From Candidatus Omnitrophota bacterium (lineage in GTDB: Bacteria; Omnitrophota; Gorgyraeia; B26-G9; JBDRCZ01), in contig JBDRCZ010000043.1 of NCBI GenBank assembly GCA_043821285.1, positions 2,903 through 66,902 of the forward strand: a DNA stretch of 64,000 nucleotides. Reading direction: 5' to 3'. The position numbers and the translations under genes were made by a program. This document shows positions 28,415 to 38,187 of this stretch, piece by piece; position 1 is the first letter of the stretch, and every line of letters starts with the position of its first letter. The notes beneath the pieces are model-generated. The model was given only the letters and a program-made list of their open reading frames with translations. It had not been told where the DNA came from and did not search any database.

Positions 28415-29687
28415 GACTAACCCTATCCATTCAACCATTCAACCATTCAACCATTCAACATCATCTGACATTGCAATTAAAGTCGAACATGTCGCAAAAA
28501 AATACTGCAAATCCTTAAAAAGATCAATGATCTATGGGATGCAGGATATTGCCAGAAATACGCTGGGGCTACGTGCTCAGTCTGAAAGATTAAGAAAAGA
28601 GGAATTTTGGGCGTTGGATAATATTTCATTTGAGGTCAAAAAGGGAGAAACCTTGGGTATTATTGGCCCCAATGGTTCAGGGAAAACTACCCTTTTAAAA
28701 ATGTTAAACGGCATCTTTTGGCCGGATAAAGGCAAGATTAGCATAAGAGGCAGAGTTGGAGCACTGATTGAAGTTGGAGCAGGCTTTCATCCTCTACTTA
28801 CCGGAAGAGAAAATATTTATCTTAACGCCGCAATCTTAGGTATGACTAAAAAGGAGGTGAATGATAAATTTGACTCGATTGTCGAGTTTGCCGATATTGG
28901 CGATTTTATTGATTCCCCGGTAAAATTCTACTCCAGCGGGATGTTTGTAAGATTAGGCTTTGCCGTGGCCGTGCATTGTGAACCGGAAATTTTATTGGTA
29001 GATGAGGTTTTGGCAGTGGGAGATAAAGAGTTTTCTATAAAGTGCTATCAAAAAATACATGAGATTAAAAAAAGAGGGGCAACAGTTATTATAGTGTCAC
29101 ATAATGAATATACAATACGTGAACAGACAGAAAATTGTCTATACATAGAAAAAGGGGAAACTAAATTTTATGGCTCAAGCGAAGAGGCAATTAGTATATA
29201 CATAAAAGACAGATATGAGCAAAAATCTAAAAATATCAGCTTGAAAAAATTAGAGTCTTACCCTGTTTCCAAAAAAGCAAAAATAACTTCACTGAATTTT
29301 TTTGATTCGAATTGCAAAGAAATTTCTTATCTTGAATCAGGGCAGGAACTTAATATTGTGTTTGGGTGTATTATACATGAAACATTGCATAACCCCATTT
29401 TCGGCGTTAATTTCTATGATAACAGCGGTTTCATGTATTGTGCGAACAGCGATTATGAAAAAATAGAATTTCAAGAACTACCACCCAAAAAAATTAAGAT
29501 AAAAATTACTATTCTCAATTTCCATTTGCCCGTTAACAGCTATTTTTGTTCCACGATTATTGCTGAGGGAAATGCGGCAAATTTAATAGACTTAGAATAT
29601 ATGAAATATAGAATTGTAGTAGGCAGGGCGAAAAATTCAAGAGGATCTTTAAAATTGCCTACAAAATGGAAAATAGAAACCTTATAG
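28413..29687 (+). CDS. ABC exporter ATP-binding protein (Wzt/TagH-like) with a C-terminal substrate-binding domain
   Basis: It has Walker A (GPNGSGKTT), the signature YSSGM and Walker B (LLVDEVLAVGD), plus an extra roughly 170-aa C-terminal domain. Confidence 0.85.
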   Translation: MTNPIHSTIQPFNHSTSSDIAIKVEHVAKKYCKSLKRSMIYGMQDIARNTLGLRAQSERLRKEEFWALDNISFEVKKGETLGIIGPNGSGKTTLLKMLNGIFWPDKGKISIRGRVGALIEVGAGFHPLLTGRENIYLNAAILGMTKKEVNDKFDSIVEFADIGDFIDSPVKFYSSGMFVRLGFAVAVHCEPEILLVDEVLAVGDKEFSIKCYQKIHEIKKRGATVIIVSHNEYTIREQTENCLYIEKGETKFYGSSEEAISIYIKDRYEQKSKNISLKKLESYPVSKKAKITSLNFFDSNCKEISYLESGQELNIVFGCIIHETLHNPIFGVNFYDNSGFMYCANSDYEKIEFQELPPKKIKIKITILNFHLPVNSYFCSTIIAEGNAANLIDLEYMKYRIVVGRAKNSRGSLKLPTKWKIETL

Positions 29688-29708
29688 CATTGTACAAAAG
29701 AGGATTAT

Positions 29709-30413
29709 ATGGGCGCAGAACACAGAATACATAATTTCATTGTGCATCCAGCTTGGCAGCATGTAAAAAAGAAATTATTAACCTCAAAAAGGATTATTGA
29801 TCTTGGCTGCGGAACTAATCCTGTGGCTGCTGCTTCTGTTGCGATAGATCCTTATATTAACCCTATTCAAAGGTCATGCAAGTCAGGAACGCGGATTAAA
29901 AAAAGCATATTTAATAAAAGCGGAATAAAATTTATACAGTCAAGAATTGATGTCAACCTGCCATTTGAGAATAAGGCGTTTGACTTTGCATATTGCCGGC
30001 ATGTAGTTGAACATCTAAAAAATCCTGCAAAGGCTTGTGAGGAAATGATGCGTATTGCAAAAGAAGGGGTTGTTATTTGTCCATCAATTTTTGCGGAACA
30101 ATTATTTGGGCGATCTTATCACAAGTGGTTAGTAATGGATCGTAAAAATCTGCTATTGTTTTTTAAAAAAAGGCTCCATGAAGACAGACCTTTTGGAAAA
30201 CATCCTAACTGGGATAAAAGTAACATGAATTGGATAGCAGAAAAGGATACCAATCCTTTTGATATACTGCTTAATGACGGAGGCTGGTACAAAGGCAAAG
30301 AAAAGATGCCTCGTCTAAGCAGCATTTTAAAAAAATATTGGTGTACGCACTCTCCCGTATTGGAACTTGTTTTTTTCTGGAAAAATAGATTTAACTACAT
30401 AGTCTATAAATAA
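29709..30413 (+). CDS. Class I SAM-dependent methyltransferase
   Basis: It has motif I (IIDLGCGTNP) and a post-I acidic residue, in Methyltransf_11-like form. Confidence 0.55.
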   Translation: MGAEHRIHNFIVHPAWQHVKKKLLTSKRIIDLGCGTNPVAAASVAIDPYINPIQRSCKSGTRIKKSIFNKSGIKFIQSRIDVNLPFENKAFDFAYCRHVVEHLKNPAKACEEMMRIAKEGVVICPSIFAEQLFGRSYHKWLVMDRKNLLLFFKKRLHEDRPFGKHPNWDKSNMNWIAEKDTNPFDILLNDGGWYKGKEKMPRLSSILKKYWCTHSPVLELVFFWKNRFNYIVYK

Positions 30414-30414
30414 G

Positions 30415-31497
30415 ATGAACCTAAAATTAGCAGTTATACCAACTGATCCAATACAAGCATATAAAAACGCTGGGATTTCATCGTGGCTTAAAGATTATTA
30501 TAATCCATTGCAGTTTTTTGATAAGGTATACTTACTGTCTCCATTAGAAAAAATTAAAAGATACGAGTTTGGTATGCATATTATACCAACAAATCCAGCC
30601 GATCTTAAGCGACAAATTAAACAGATCGGCATTGATTTAGTGAGAGCTTATGGCAGTTACTGGGCATGTGATATGGCATGTGATAATAAAGTACCGGGTG
30701 TGCCGGTTGTAGTGTCAGTACATGACACATTTTTGCGTAATCTGCACGACTCAATAAAAAAAGCCGATATTATCCTTTGTGTATCTGGGGCGGTTAAACA
30801 ACATGTTTTGACTAAGGTTAAAGAATTAGACAAAATATGGATTCTTCCGAATAGGGTAGATTTTAATGTTATGAGCCCTAAACCGCTTTTGAAGCCTATC
30901 CGTTTAAATAAAGCTTGTGATTATAAGTACAGAATTTTGCATGTGGGGAGAACCAGCAATGAAAAAAACCTAGATACTTTAATAAAATCATTGGCAATAT
31001 TAGGCACGGGTTACTGTATCGTAGCCATAGGCAAAGGCAATGTAACTAAATATATGAAAATTGCAGATGCACATAAGGTGTTAGAGCAGTGTTTCTTTAT
31101 AGATTCTGTTCCCAACGAAGAACTTGCCGGTTACTATACCTGGGCAAGCTGTATGTGCACTCCAAGCAGAAGCGAAGGCTTTGGTATTGTGTTTATAGAG
31201 GCATTAGCTTGTGGCGCGATAGTTGTGACATCGGATATTGCCCCGATAAATGAATATATAAAGCATATGGAAAATGGGTTGCTTGTGAAAAATTACGAAG
31301 ATCCTCAATCATTGGCAGAATGGATTAGGATTGCCTGTTGTGACCAAAAAATTCGCAAGAATATAAAACAAAAAGCCCGTAACAGCGTAAAAATATTTGA
31401 TAAAAATAATATTGATAAACTAGAGGTTGAGTATTACAAAAAAGTACTTTTATTAAAAAATCAAAATATGTTTAATACTGCATTTTCAAATAGTTAG
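30415..31497 (+). CDS. Glycosyltransferase family 4 (GT-B)
   Basis: Its C-terminal region contains the EGFG motif (RSEGFGIVFIEALACG). Confidence 0.75.
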   Translation: MNLKLAVIPTDPIQAYKNAGISSWLKDYYNPLQFFDKVYLLSPLEKIKRYEFGMHIIPTNPADLKRQIKQIGIDLVRAYGSYWACDMACDNKVPGVPVVVSVHDTFLRNLHDSIKKADIILCVSGAVKQHVLTKVKELDKIWILPNRVDFNVMSPKPLLKPIRLNKACDYKYRILHVGRTSNEKNLDTLIKSLAILGTGYCIVAIGKGNVTKYMKIADAHKVLEQCFFIDSVPNEELAGYYTWASCMCTPSRSEGFGIVFIEALACGAIVVTSDIAPINEYIKHMENGLLVKNYEDPQSLAEWIRIACCDQKIRKNIKQKARNSVKIFDKNNIDKLEVEYYKKVLLLKNQNMFNTAFSNS

Positions 31498-31524
31498 CAT
31501 GCCAGCTATTAAATAACTTTTTGT

Positions 31525-33693
31525 ATGAAAAGATCAACCAATATAATAAGTAGTTATCTTAAAACCATTGAATGGGTCAAAAAAAATAGTCTTCCGGAAA
31601 AGGGAATTATAGTAAGTTCATGGCACAATGCCCCTTATCTTGAGGTTACTGGGTATTTAATCCCCACTTTAATTGAGGCGGGGGAACATAAGTTGGCAGA
31701 AAAATATGCGGATTTTCTTTCTTATATGCAAAGACCAAACGGTGCCTTTGCCGGGCCGGATGGTAAAATATATGCTTTTGATACGGCGCAAGCTTTACGC
31801 GGTTTACTATCGGCTTCGCAAATCTGGAGTAAATATAAACAATTTGCACAAAAAGCTGCTGATTATATTAAAGCATGTATTACAAAAACGGGACAAATAC
31901 CTTCCGGTTATAAAAACCAAATTACGGAAAACGTGCACATATACATTTTACCGGCTCTTATGCATGCGGCAAAAATTTTACAAAGACCGGATTATTTTTC
32001 AAAAGCAAACAAATCTGCTATTTATTACATGAATAAGCCAGATATATTTGACACTAATCATCTAACACATTTTCTTGCATACATAATTGATGGGTTTATT
32101 GAAATAGGAGAAGTGAGTTTTATTCGGCCATTTGCAAGAAAAATATTATTATCCCAGAAAAAAAATGGCATGATTCCAGCGTTGCCGAATGCATCATGGA
32201 CTTGCAGTGTAGGGAATGCACAACTGGCAATTATCGGATATAAATTAGGTTTTTATAATGAAGCAGACAAAATATTAAATTATTTGTGCAAAATTCAAAA
32301 CTCAAGCGGTGGTTTTTATGGCAGTTATGGCCCTGGGGCAAGCTATTTTCCTGATAAGGAGATTAGTTGGGCAAATAAATTTTTTATAGATGCGATTTAT
32401 TATAAAGTAAGCTCTTTTTTTGACCGCAATATTAACATTTTTCCATTATTAATTTCTAATAATGATGGACGTGTGAAAGCTGTTTTAGCGCATTCTGGTG
32501 ATTTAAGAAATAAAAAAATATTAGATGCCGGCTGTGGCAAGGGGCGTTTTGCCGTCTTAATAAAAAAATATTTTCCCTCTTGCGAAGTCCATGCAGTTGA
32601 TATTTCCGGTAAGCTGTTAGATTATCTGCCAAAAACTATCCTTAAGGAAAAAGCCAGCATCAAAAATTTACCTTACAAATCAGAAACATTTGATGTTGTC
32701 TATTGCGTGGAAGTATTAGAGCACACGCTGGATCCGGAAAAGGCAATTAATGAAATATGCCGGGTATTAAAAACGGGAGGTAAGCTTATTATAATAGATA
32801 AAAACATTGAGTTTCTGGGTAAACTTAAAATCGTAGATTTTGAACAGTGGTTTAATAAAAATAGAATTAAATGGATTTTAAAAAAACACTGTACTAATGT
32901 ACATGTTGAAAAAATAAGTTACGATTGTAATAAAGCAGACGGTTTATTTCTTGCATGGACTGCAGTCAAAAACACAACGGGTTTAGATAGCAGTAAATGG
33001 CATACAGCAATTATAGGTAAACGGTCAGCCGCAACCTTAGCCGATGCGATTAAAAACAATAAGTTTCCCGTCTGGACAAAGCCGTTGCTTTTGCATACAT
33101 GCCCGGGGGATACAATATTGGAATTAGGCAGTGGTACCGGTGAACTTTCAGTTGTAATGGCAATATATAACAGAAAAATGCATCTTTTGGATTACTCGCA
33201 AAAAAACCTGGAATTTTCTAAAAATATTTTTAAACTACTTCATGTCAAAGGTAATTTTCATCATGCCGATGCCCTTAAAAAATTACCATTCAAAAATAAC
33301 TCTTTTGATTGGATTTTAAGCAGCGGGTTACTGGAACATTTCCCTGATGAGCAGGTGATTAGTATTTTAAAAGAGTCAAAAAGAATTTCTCGCAGAGGTA
33401 CAATGTGCTTAGTACCAAATGCCAATGCGATTTTTTATCAATTTGGCAAATTTAAAATGATAGAGGAAAGAACCTGGCCGTATGGATTTGAAGTTCCTAA
33501 GTTTTCAATGAAACCATATTTTAAAAAAGCTGGTTATAGAAATATTAAAGAATACTCGGTAGGTTCTTACCATGCGCTTAATTTTGTGAGGGGAGATAAA
33601 AAGGCAATAAAAAAATTCTATAATAGTCTAAGCATGTATGAGTTACGGGAATTAAACCAAGGATATTTATTGTTTACTTGCGGAGAGAAATAG
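31525..33693 (+). CDS. Multidomain protein: an N-terminal roughly 300-aa repeat domain (possibly alpha/alpha-toroid, prenyltransferase-like) plus two class I SAM methyltransferase domains
   Basis: Two separate methyltransferase motif I sequences are present (ILDAGCGKGRFA and ILELGSGTGELS). The N-terminal part has G-rich repeats (RPNGAFAGPDG, NSSGGFYGSYGPG). Confidence 0.5.
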   Translation: MKRSTNIISSYLKTIEWVKKNSLPEKGIIVSSWHNAPYLEVTGYLIPTLIEAGEHKLAEKYADFLSYMQRPNGAFAGPDGKIYAFDTAQALRGLLSASQIWSKYKQFAQKAADYIKACITKTGQIPSGYKNQITENVHIYILPALMHAAKILQRPDYFSKANKSAIYYMNKPDIFDTNHLTHFLAYIIDGFIEIGEVSFIRPFARKILLSQKKNGMIPALPNASWTCSVGNAQLAIIGYKLGFYNEADKILNYLCKIQNSSGGFYGSYGPGASYFPDKEISWANKFFIDAIYYKVSSFFDRNINIFPLLISNNDGRVKAVLAHSGDLRNKKILDAGCGKGRFAVLIKKYFPSCEVHAVDISGKLLDYLPKTILKEKASIKNLPYKSETFDVVYCVEVLEHTLDPEKAINEICRVLKTGGKLIIIDKNIEFLGKLKIVDFEQWFNKNRIKWILKKHCTNVHVEKISYDCNKADGLFLAWTAVKNTTGLDSSKWHTAIIGKRSAATLADAIKNNKFPVWTKPLLLHTCPGDTILELGSGTGELSVVMAIYNRKMHLLDYSQKNLEFSKNIFKLLHVKGNFHHADALKKLPFKNNSFDWILSSGLLEHFPDEQVISILKESKRISRRGTMCLVPNANAIFYQFGKFKMIEERTWPYGFEVPKFSMKPYFKKAGYRNIKEYSVGSYHALNFVRGDKKAIKKFYNSLSMYELRELNQGYLLFTCGEK

Positions 33694-33712
33694 TTCTAAC
33701 ATAGAGGAATAA

Positions 33713-35629
33713 ATGGAGTTCCAACATCCAAAAGTTAGCATCATATTGCCTACCTATAATGGCGCAAGATATATACGGCAGGGAATAGAAAGCTGTCTGA
33801 ATCAGACATATAAAAATTTTGAATTGATTGTTGTAGATGATTGCTCGTCTGATCAGACCTCTGCGATAGTTAATGCTTATAATGATTCGCGGTTGTATTA
33901 TTTGAAAAATGACAAAAATAAGGGCATTGCTTACTCACTGAATATCGGGTTTGCAAAATCTACCGGGGGGTATTTAACCTGGACATCTGATGATAACTAT
34001 TATCAGCCGGTGGCCATTGAACAACTAACACAAATGCTCGATCGAAACACCGGAATAGATTTTGTATATTCAAATTATTATTATATAGATGAACATGATA
34101 ACATAATTAAACTAAAAGAAGTTATGCCATCAGATAAACTGGTTGAAGTGAACTGTATTGGTCCGTGTTTTTTGTTTCGCAGAAACGTCTATACTGTAAT
34201 TGGCAAATTTAATGAGGAAATGTTTCTTGCTGAAGATTATGACTATTGGGTTCGGGTTTCGCAGCACTTTAAAATGCAGCCTTTTCCCATACCATTGTAC
34301 TATTACAGAATACATGCAGACAACTTAACCAGTAAGTATTCCCCTGAGGAGATTGCTGAACAAGCCGAACGCGTAAAAGATAAATATTTTACAACCGTTA
34401 ATGATTATTTTTTTCGAGCTAAGTTTTTGAAAAAAACGACCAATCGCAAAGGCGCAAAGCGGCTACTAATAAAATCACTAATCCTTAACCCATTTAAGCT
34501 GGAAAAATGGAACTTTTTGCTAAGATTGTTATTAGATAGAAATACGATTAATTTTTTACATAGGCTTATGAATCATCTTGGGATGAAATGCCCTTTGCCG
34601 CAGTCGTTTACTTTTATAATGATAGATAAATGTTCGGCCCGTTGTATAATGTGTGGGATAGACTACAATCAGAATAATAATCCAAAGGAACTTTCATTTG
34701 ATAAATATCTGACAGTGTTTGAGCACATGCCAAAGAAGGTAGTCAAGGACATAACTTTTTCCGGGGGCGGTGAACCTCTGTTAAATAAGGATCTTTTGAA
34801 AATCATAAGGTTTACACGCAACAGCATCCCTAATGTGAACTTATCTATTTATACGAACGGTATTATGTTAACTGAAGAAATATCAACAGGTTTATTGGAA
34901 AACGATTTTAAGGAAATCATAATATCAATTAACGCTGCCACACCGGAAACTTATTTTCAAATAGCCCGTGTTAATGCTTTTAATACGGTTATCAAAAATG
35001 TAAAAGCCCTTGTTAAGTTAAAGAAAAATTTATTTAAAAATACTAAAATCCAATTTTCCTTTGTGGCTTTACAAAAAAATATCAGCGAGCTGCCAAAATT
35101 AGTTAAGTTAGCGGCAGAGGTAGATGTGGATAGTGTTCATATGCAATATTGCCGTTTTTATTCCCAAAAATATACAACCGACTTAAAAGAATTAAATAAC
35201 GAAGCTTTACCCCATGAGGAATCATTATATTTTTGCCAGGATTTATCCGATAAACTGATTAAAAACAGCCAATATTTAGCAAGAGAGCTAAATATTGAAT
35301 TTATGCATGAGCCATGTTTTAATAAAGCCCCATCAGGCATTAGGTGTACATGGCCATTTAAAGCTATTTTTGTATATCCTGACGGTACGGTTTTTCCATG
35401 CGGCGGGGGGGAAATAATTTTTAATAAGGCGATATATGAAAACAAGCTTTACTTTGGTAATCTGTTACAGAACAATATAGAAACTTTTTGGAATAATGAG
35501 GCATATAAACTAATAAGGCAGAGTTGTAACATGCGTAATAAAACCATACCGCAGTGTAATAACTGTAATTATACAATATGGCAGCAAGGGGTCAACAATA
35601 AAAAAAGTCATTTTATAGAAATAGTATAA
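33713..35629 (+). CDS. Fusion protein: GT2 glycosyltransferase (N-terminal) plus radical SAM / SPASM-like domain (C-terminal)
   Basis: It has GT2 motifs (VSIILPTYNGARY...VVDDCSSD). The CxxxCxxC motif (CSARCIMC) is at about residue 305, and Cys-rich C-terminal motifs are present (CTWPF...PCGGG...CNNCNY). Confidence 0.6.
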   Translation: MEFQHPKVSIILPTYNGARYIRQGIESCLNQTYKNFELIVVDDCSSDQTSAIVNAYNDSRLYYLKNDKNKGIAYSLNIGFAKSTGGYLTWTSDDNYYQPVAIEQLTQMLDRNTGIDFVYSNYYYIDEHDNIIKLKEVMPSDKLVEVNCIGPCFLFRRNVYTVIGKFNEEMFLAEDYDYWVRVSQHFKMQPFPIPLYYYRIHADNLTSKYSPEEIAEQAERVKDKYFTTVNDYFFRAKFLKKTTNRKGAKRLLIKSLILNPFKLEKWNFLLRLLLDRNTINFLHRLMNHLGMKCPLPQSFTFIMIDKCSARCIMCGIDYNQNNNPKELSFDKYLTVFEHMPKKVVKDITFSGGGEPLLNKDLLKIIRFTRNSIPNVNLSIYTNGIMLTEEISTGLLENDFKEIIISINAATPETYFQIARVNAFNTVIKNVKALVKLKKNLFKNTKIQFSFVALQKNISELPKLVKLAAEVDVDSVHMQYCRFYSQKYTTDLKELNNEALPHEESLYFCQDLSDKLIKNSQYLARELNIEFMHEPCFNKAPSGIRCTWPFKAIFVYPDGTVFPCGGGEIIFNKAIYENKLYFGNLLQNNIETFWNNEAYKLIRQSCNMRNKTIPQCNNCNYTIWQQGVNNKKSHFIEIV

Positions 35630-36537
35630 TGAAAGTATTATTTATATATTTTGATACCGCAAGCTCAGAGCCTCCCCGCATAGGGATGGGGGTTGCTTAT
35701 TTATCTGCCTACTTAAAAAAAAGCCGCCATGCATCCAAACTGTGTTATTTCCGTTCATCAGAAGATATTAACCACGTTTTAACCATTATAAAAGAATGGA
35801 GCCCAAATATTATTGCCTATTCCGCCACCACTTCGTCTTTTTTTTCCATATCCGATGTCACAAAAAAAGTAAAAGCTGACTTTCCTGATTTGTTTCAAAT
35901 TTGCGGGGGATATCATATCTCAATGTGTCCGGATGAGTTTTTAAACCGGCCAGAATTAGACGCAATTTGTGTTGGTTATGGAGAGCAGCATTTGTTAGAA
36001 CTTGCCGAAGCAATACAAAATGGAAAAAAATATCTTAACATTCGAAATATTTTTTTCCGGCATAACGGGAAAATAATTAAAAATGCATTGCGGCCTTTTC
36101 CCAAAGAGCTGGATTCTTTTATGCCTTGTGACCGTCAAATTTTTATGCATGAGCTAAGAAGATTTTCTATTCCTATACCATTTGGGGGAATTTTTGGCGA
36201 AAATCTTCAGGAATTTATATTTTGCCGAGGATGTCCTTTTGACTGCAGTTTTTGCTGCAACCATGCATTTAAAAAAATGGGGGTAGGCAAATATATTTGT
36301 TATCCTTCAGTTTCAAAATGCATAAAGAATAATTTATTTAAAAAAGAAGAAAATCAAAAGATATTTAAAGAAAGGAAAGATACAATTCTTAAGTTATCTT
36401 ATTTCACAAATGAATTTATGCAGTTTTATTTAAAAAACTTTAAAAATCTTATACAATTCGAGTATTTATCTAATAAATATAAAATTATTAAAAAATTACT
36501 TCCCCTAAATCTAAGAAATCAAAAAATTATTGCTTGA
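35629..36537 (+). CDS. B12-binding-domain radical SAM protein, apparently truncated (302 aa)
   Basis: It has an N-terminal B12-binding-like region (MKVLFIYFDT...) and CPFDCSFC at about residue 200. The C-terminal roughly 90 aa are low-complexity and not radical-SAM-like. Confidence 0.45.
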   Translation: MKVLFIYFDTASSEPPRIGMGVAYLSAYLKKSRHASKLCYFRSSEDINHVLTIIKEWSPNIIAYSATTSSFFSISDVTKKVKADFPDLFQICGGYHISMCPDEFLNRPELDAICVGYGEQHLLELAEAIQNGKKYLNIRNIFFRHNGKIIKNALRPFPKELDSFMPCDRQIFMHELRRFSIPIPFGGIFGENLQEFIFCRGCPFDCSFCCNHAFKKMGVGKYICYPSVSKCIKNNLFKKEENQKIFKERKDTILKLSYFTNEFMQFYLKNFKNLIQFEYLSNKYKIIKKLLPLNLRNQKIIA

Positions 36538-36631
36538 ATTATGGATAAAGTGTTTATGCGCACAAGGACTATTTCATTAAAATTGATTAAAATGTTTATG
36601 CGCGTGATATAAAGACCGGAGAATTTGTAGA

Positions 36632-37594
36632 ATGAACAGTGAAGCGAAGGTAAGTGTAATTATCCCATTATATGATCAAAAGCAATATGTTTCAGAAGCC
36701 ATAGAAAGTGTCGTAACTCAAACTTATCCAAATATTGAACTCATTGTCGTAAATGATGGTTCGACTGATGATCCATATTCTGTGCTTGAAAAATATAATA
36801 CAAAGATTAAGCTTGTTAACCAAAAAAATAGAGGTCTGGCAGCAGCAAGAAACACCGGAATACAAAATTCCTCGGGAGATTATTTGCAGTTTTTAGATGC
36901 CGATGACTGCTTACATCCGGAAAAAATCAGATTGCAATTAGAGTTCACAACTAAGCAGGGCGCAACTGTTTCTTATTGTGAAATAGCCCAATACGACCAA
37001 AATTCTCAACACCAATATATAAATTATGTTGGAGAAGTTAAAGATATGTTTGTCCATTTATATAACTTTTGGTATATATATCCTGTGCCAATCCATTCAT
37101 TACTCTTTAAAAGAGATATCTTTGAAAAGTTTGGCCTATTTGATGAAAAATTGAAAGCCTGTGAAGATCGATATTTTTTAAGTAAACTCATATTACAAGG
37201 TGTGCGCTTTGCATATTTTCCATTGATAGGAGGCGTGCGTAGGAAACATAAATACAATATGAATAATAACAAATTGCATATTATAAAAAACACTATAAAA
37301 TATTATAAAAAAATAAATCGTGAATTAGGAGATGATTGGTTTATTAAAAAATTTAATTATAGTGGATACGAAATGACATGTGCCAATTTAACATACATAT
37401 ATGGAGATTGTATCGCGAATAATGCCGGGCATCAAACATTAAAGATAGTTAAAAAATTGTATAAAAAGGAAAATATAAAATTTAATGCTAAACCGATACC
37501 ATTAGCGGTAAAAAGATATAAATTAATATTTCTGTTTGCAGCCGCTTACTTTAAAAAATGGAAAAAAGCACTGTTAACAGGGGATAATTTATAA
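36632..37594 (+). CDS. Glycosyltransferase family 2
   Basis: It has VSVIIPLYDQKQYVSEAIESVVTQTY...VVNDGSTDD and a DAD motif. Confidence 0.8.
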   Translation: MNSEAKVSVIIPLYDQKQYVSEAIESVVTQTYPNIELIVVNDGSTDDPYSVLEKYNTKIKLVNQKNRGLAAARNTGIQNSSGDYLQFLDADDCLHPEKIRLQLEFTTKQGATVSYCEIAQYDQNSQHQYINYVGEVKDMFVHLYNFWYIYPVPIHSLLFKRDIFEKFGLFDEKLKACEDRYFLSKLILQGVRFAYFPLIGGVRRKHKYNMNNNKLHIIKNTIKYYKKINRELGDDWFIKKFNYSGYEMTCANLTYIYGDCIANNAGHQTLKIVKKLYKKENIKFNAKPIPLAVKRYKLIFLFAAAYFKKWKKALLTGDNL

Positions 37595-38187
37595 TGCACC
37601 AAGAAGAATCGATCTGGATAAATCAGACATTAAAAGAAGTAGATATGGCTTTTATCAAAGAGGCGTTAGATGTGGGTTCATCTACAAAACAGTTTAGAAC
37701 CCAGATCCAACCATACATAGATAAATATGTCTTTAAGCTGTTAAGGGATAATGGAATATCAATTAGATATTTGGATAAAAAGGATACAGAGGGGGTAGAT
37801 TATGTGTGTGATATAGAAAACATAACCGCAGCAAAGCTTGATAAACAATTCGATCTGGTAATTTGCTGCAGTTTATTGGAACATGTAAAAAATCCCGAAA
37901 AAGTATGTGCGCTCTTAGTTGATCTGGTTAGTGATGGCGGGTACTTGTTAGTTTCTGTCCCAAAAGTTTATCGTTACCATCCTGATCCTATAGACACGAT
38001 GTTTCGTCCCACGCTTGAGGAACTTATTGGTATGTTTCATGGAATAAGAATTATAAAAAAAGACACGATCAATATAAAAGATAAAAATAAGTATAAAAGG
38101 GATCGAGTCACAGAATTAGTCAGATATCTTTTATCACCCTTCAATTGGAAGATTCACTGCCTTTTAATGGAAAAAAATAGAAAATGA
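37594..38187 (+). CDS. Class I SAM-dependent methyltransferase
   Basis: It has LDVGSS and a Methyltransf_11-like core (LLEHVKNPEK). Confidence 0.55.
   Translation: MHQEESIWINQTLKEVDMAFIKEALDVGSSTKQFRTQIQPYIDKYVFKLLRDNGISIRYLDKKDTEGVDYVCDIENITAAKLDKQFDLVICCSLLEHVKNPEKVCALLVDLVSDGGYLLVSVPKVYRYHPDPIDTMFRPTLEELIGMFHGIRIIKKDTINIKDKNKYKRDRVTELVRYLLSPFNWKIHCLLMEKNRK

Noticed and set aside
31673-32032. 119-aa ORF
   Set aside because: It lies in an alternative frame inside the well-supported 722-aa gene and has a basic, low-complexity translation.
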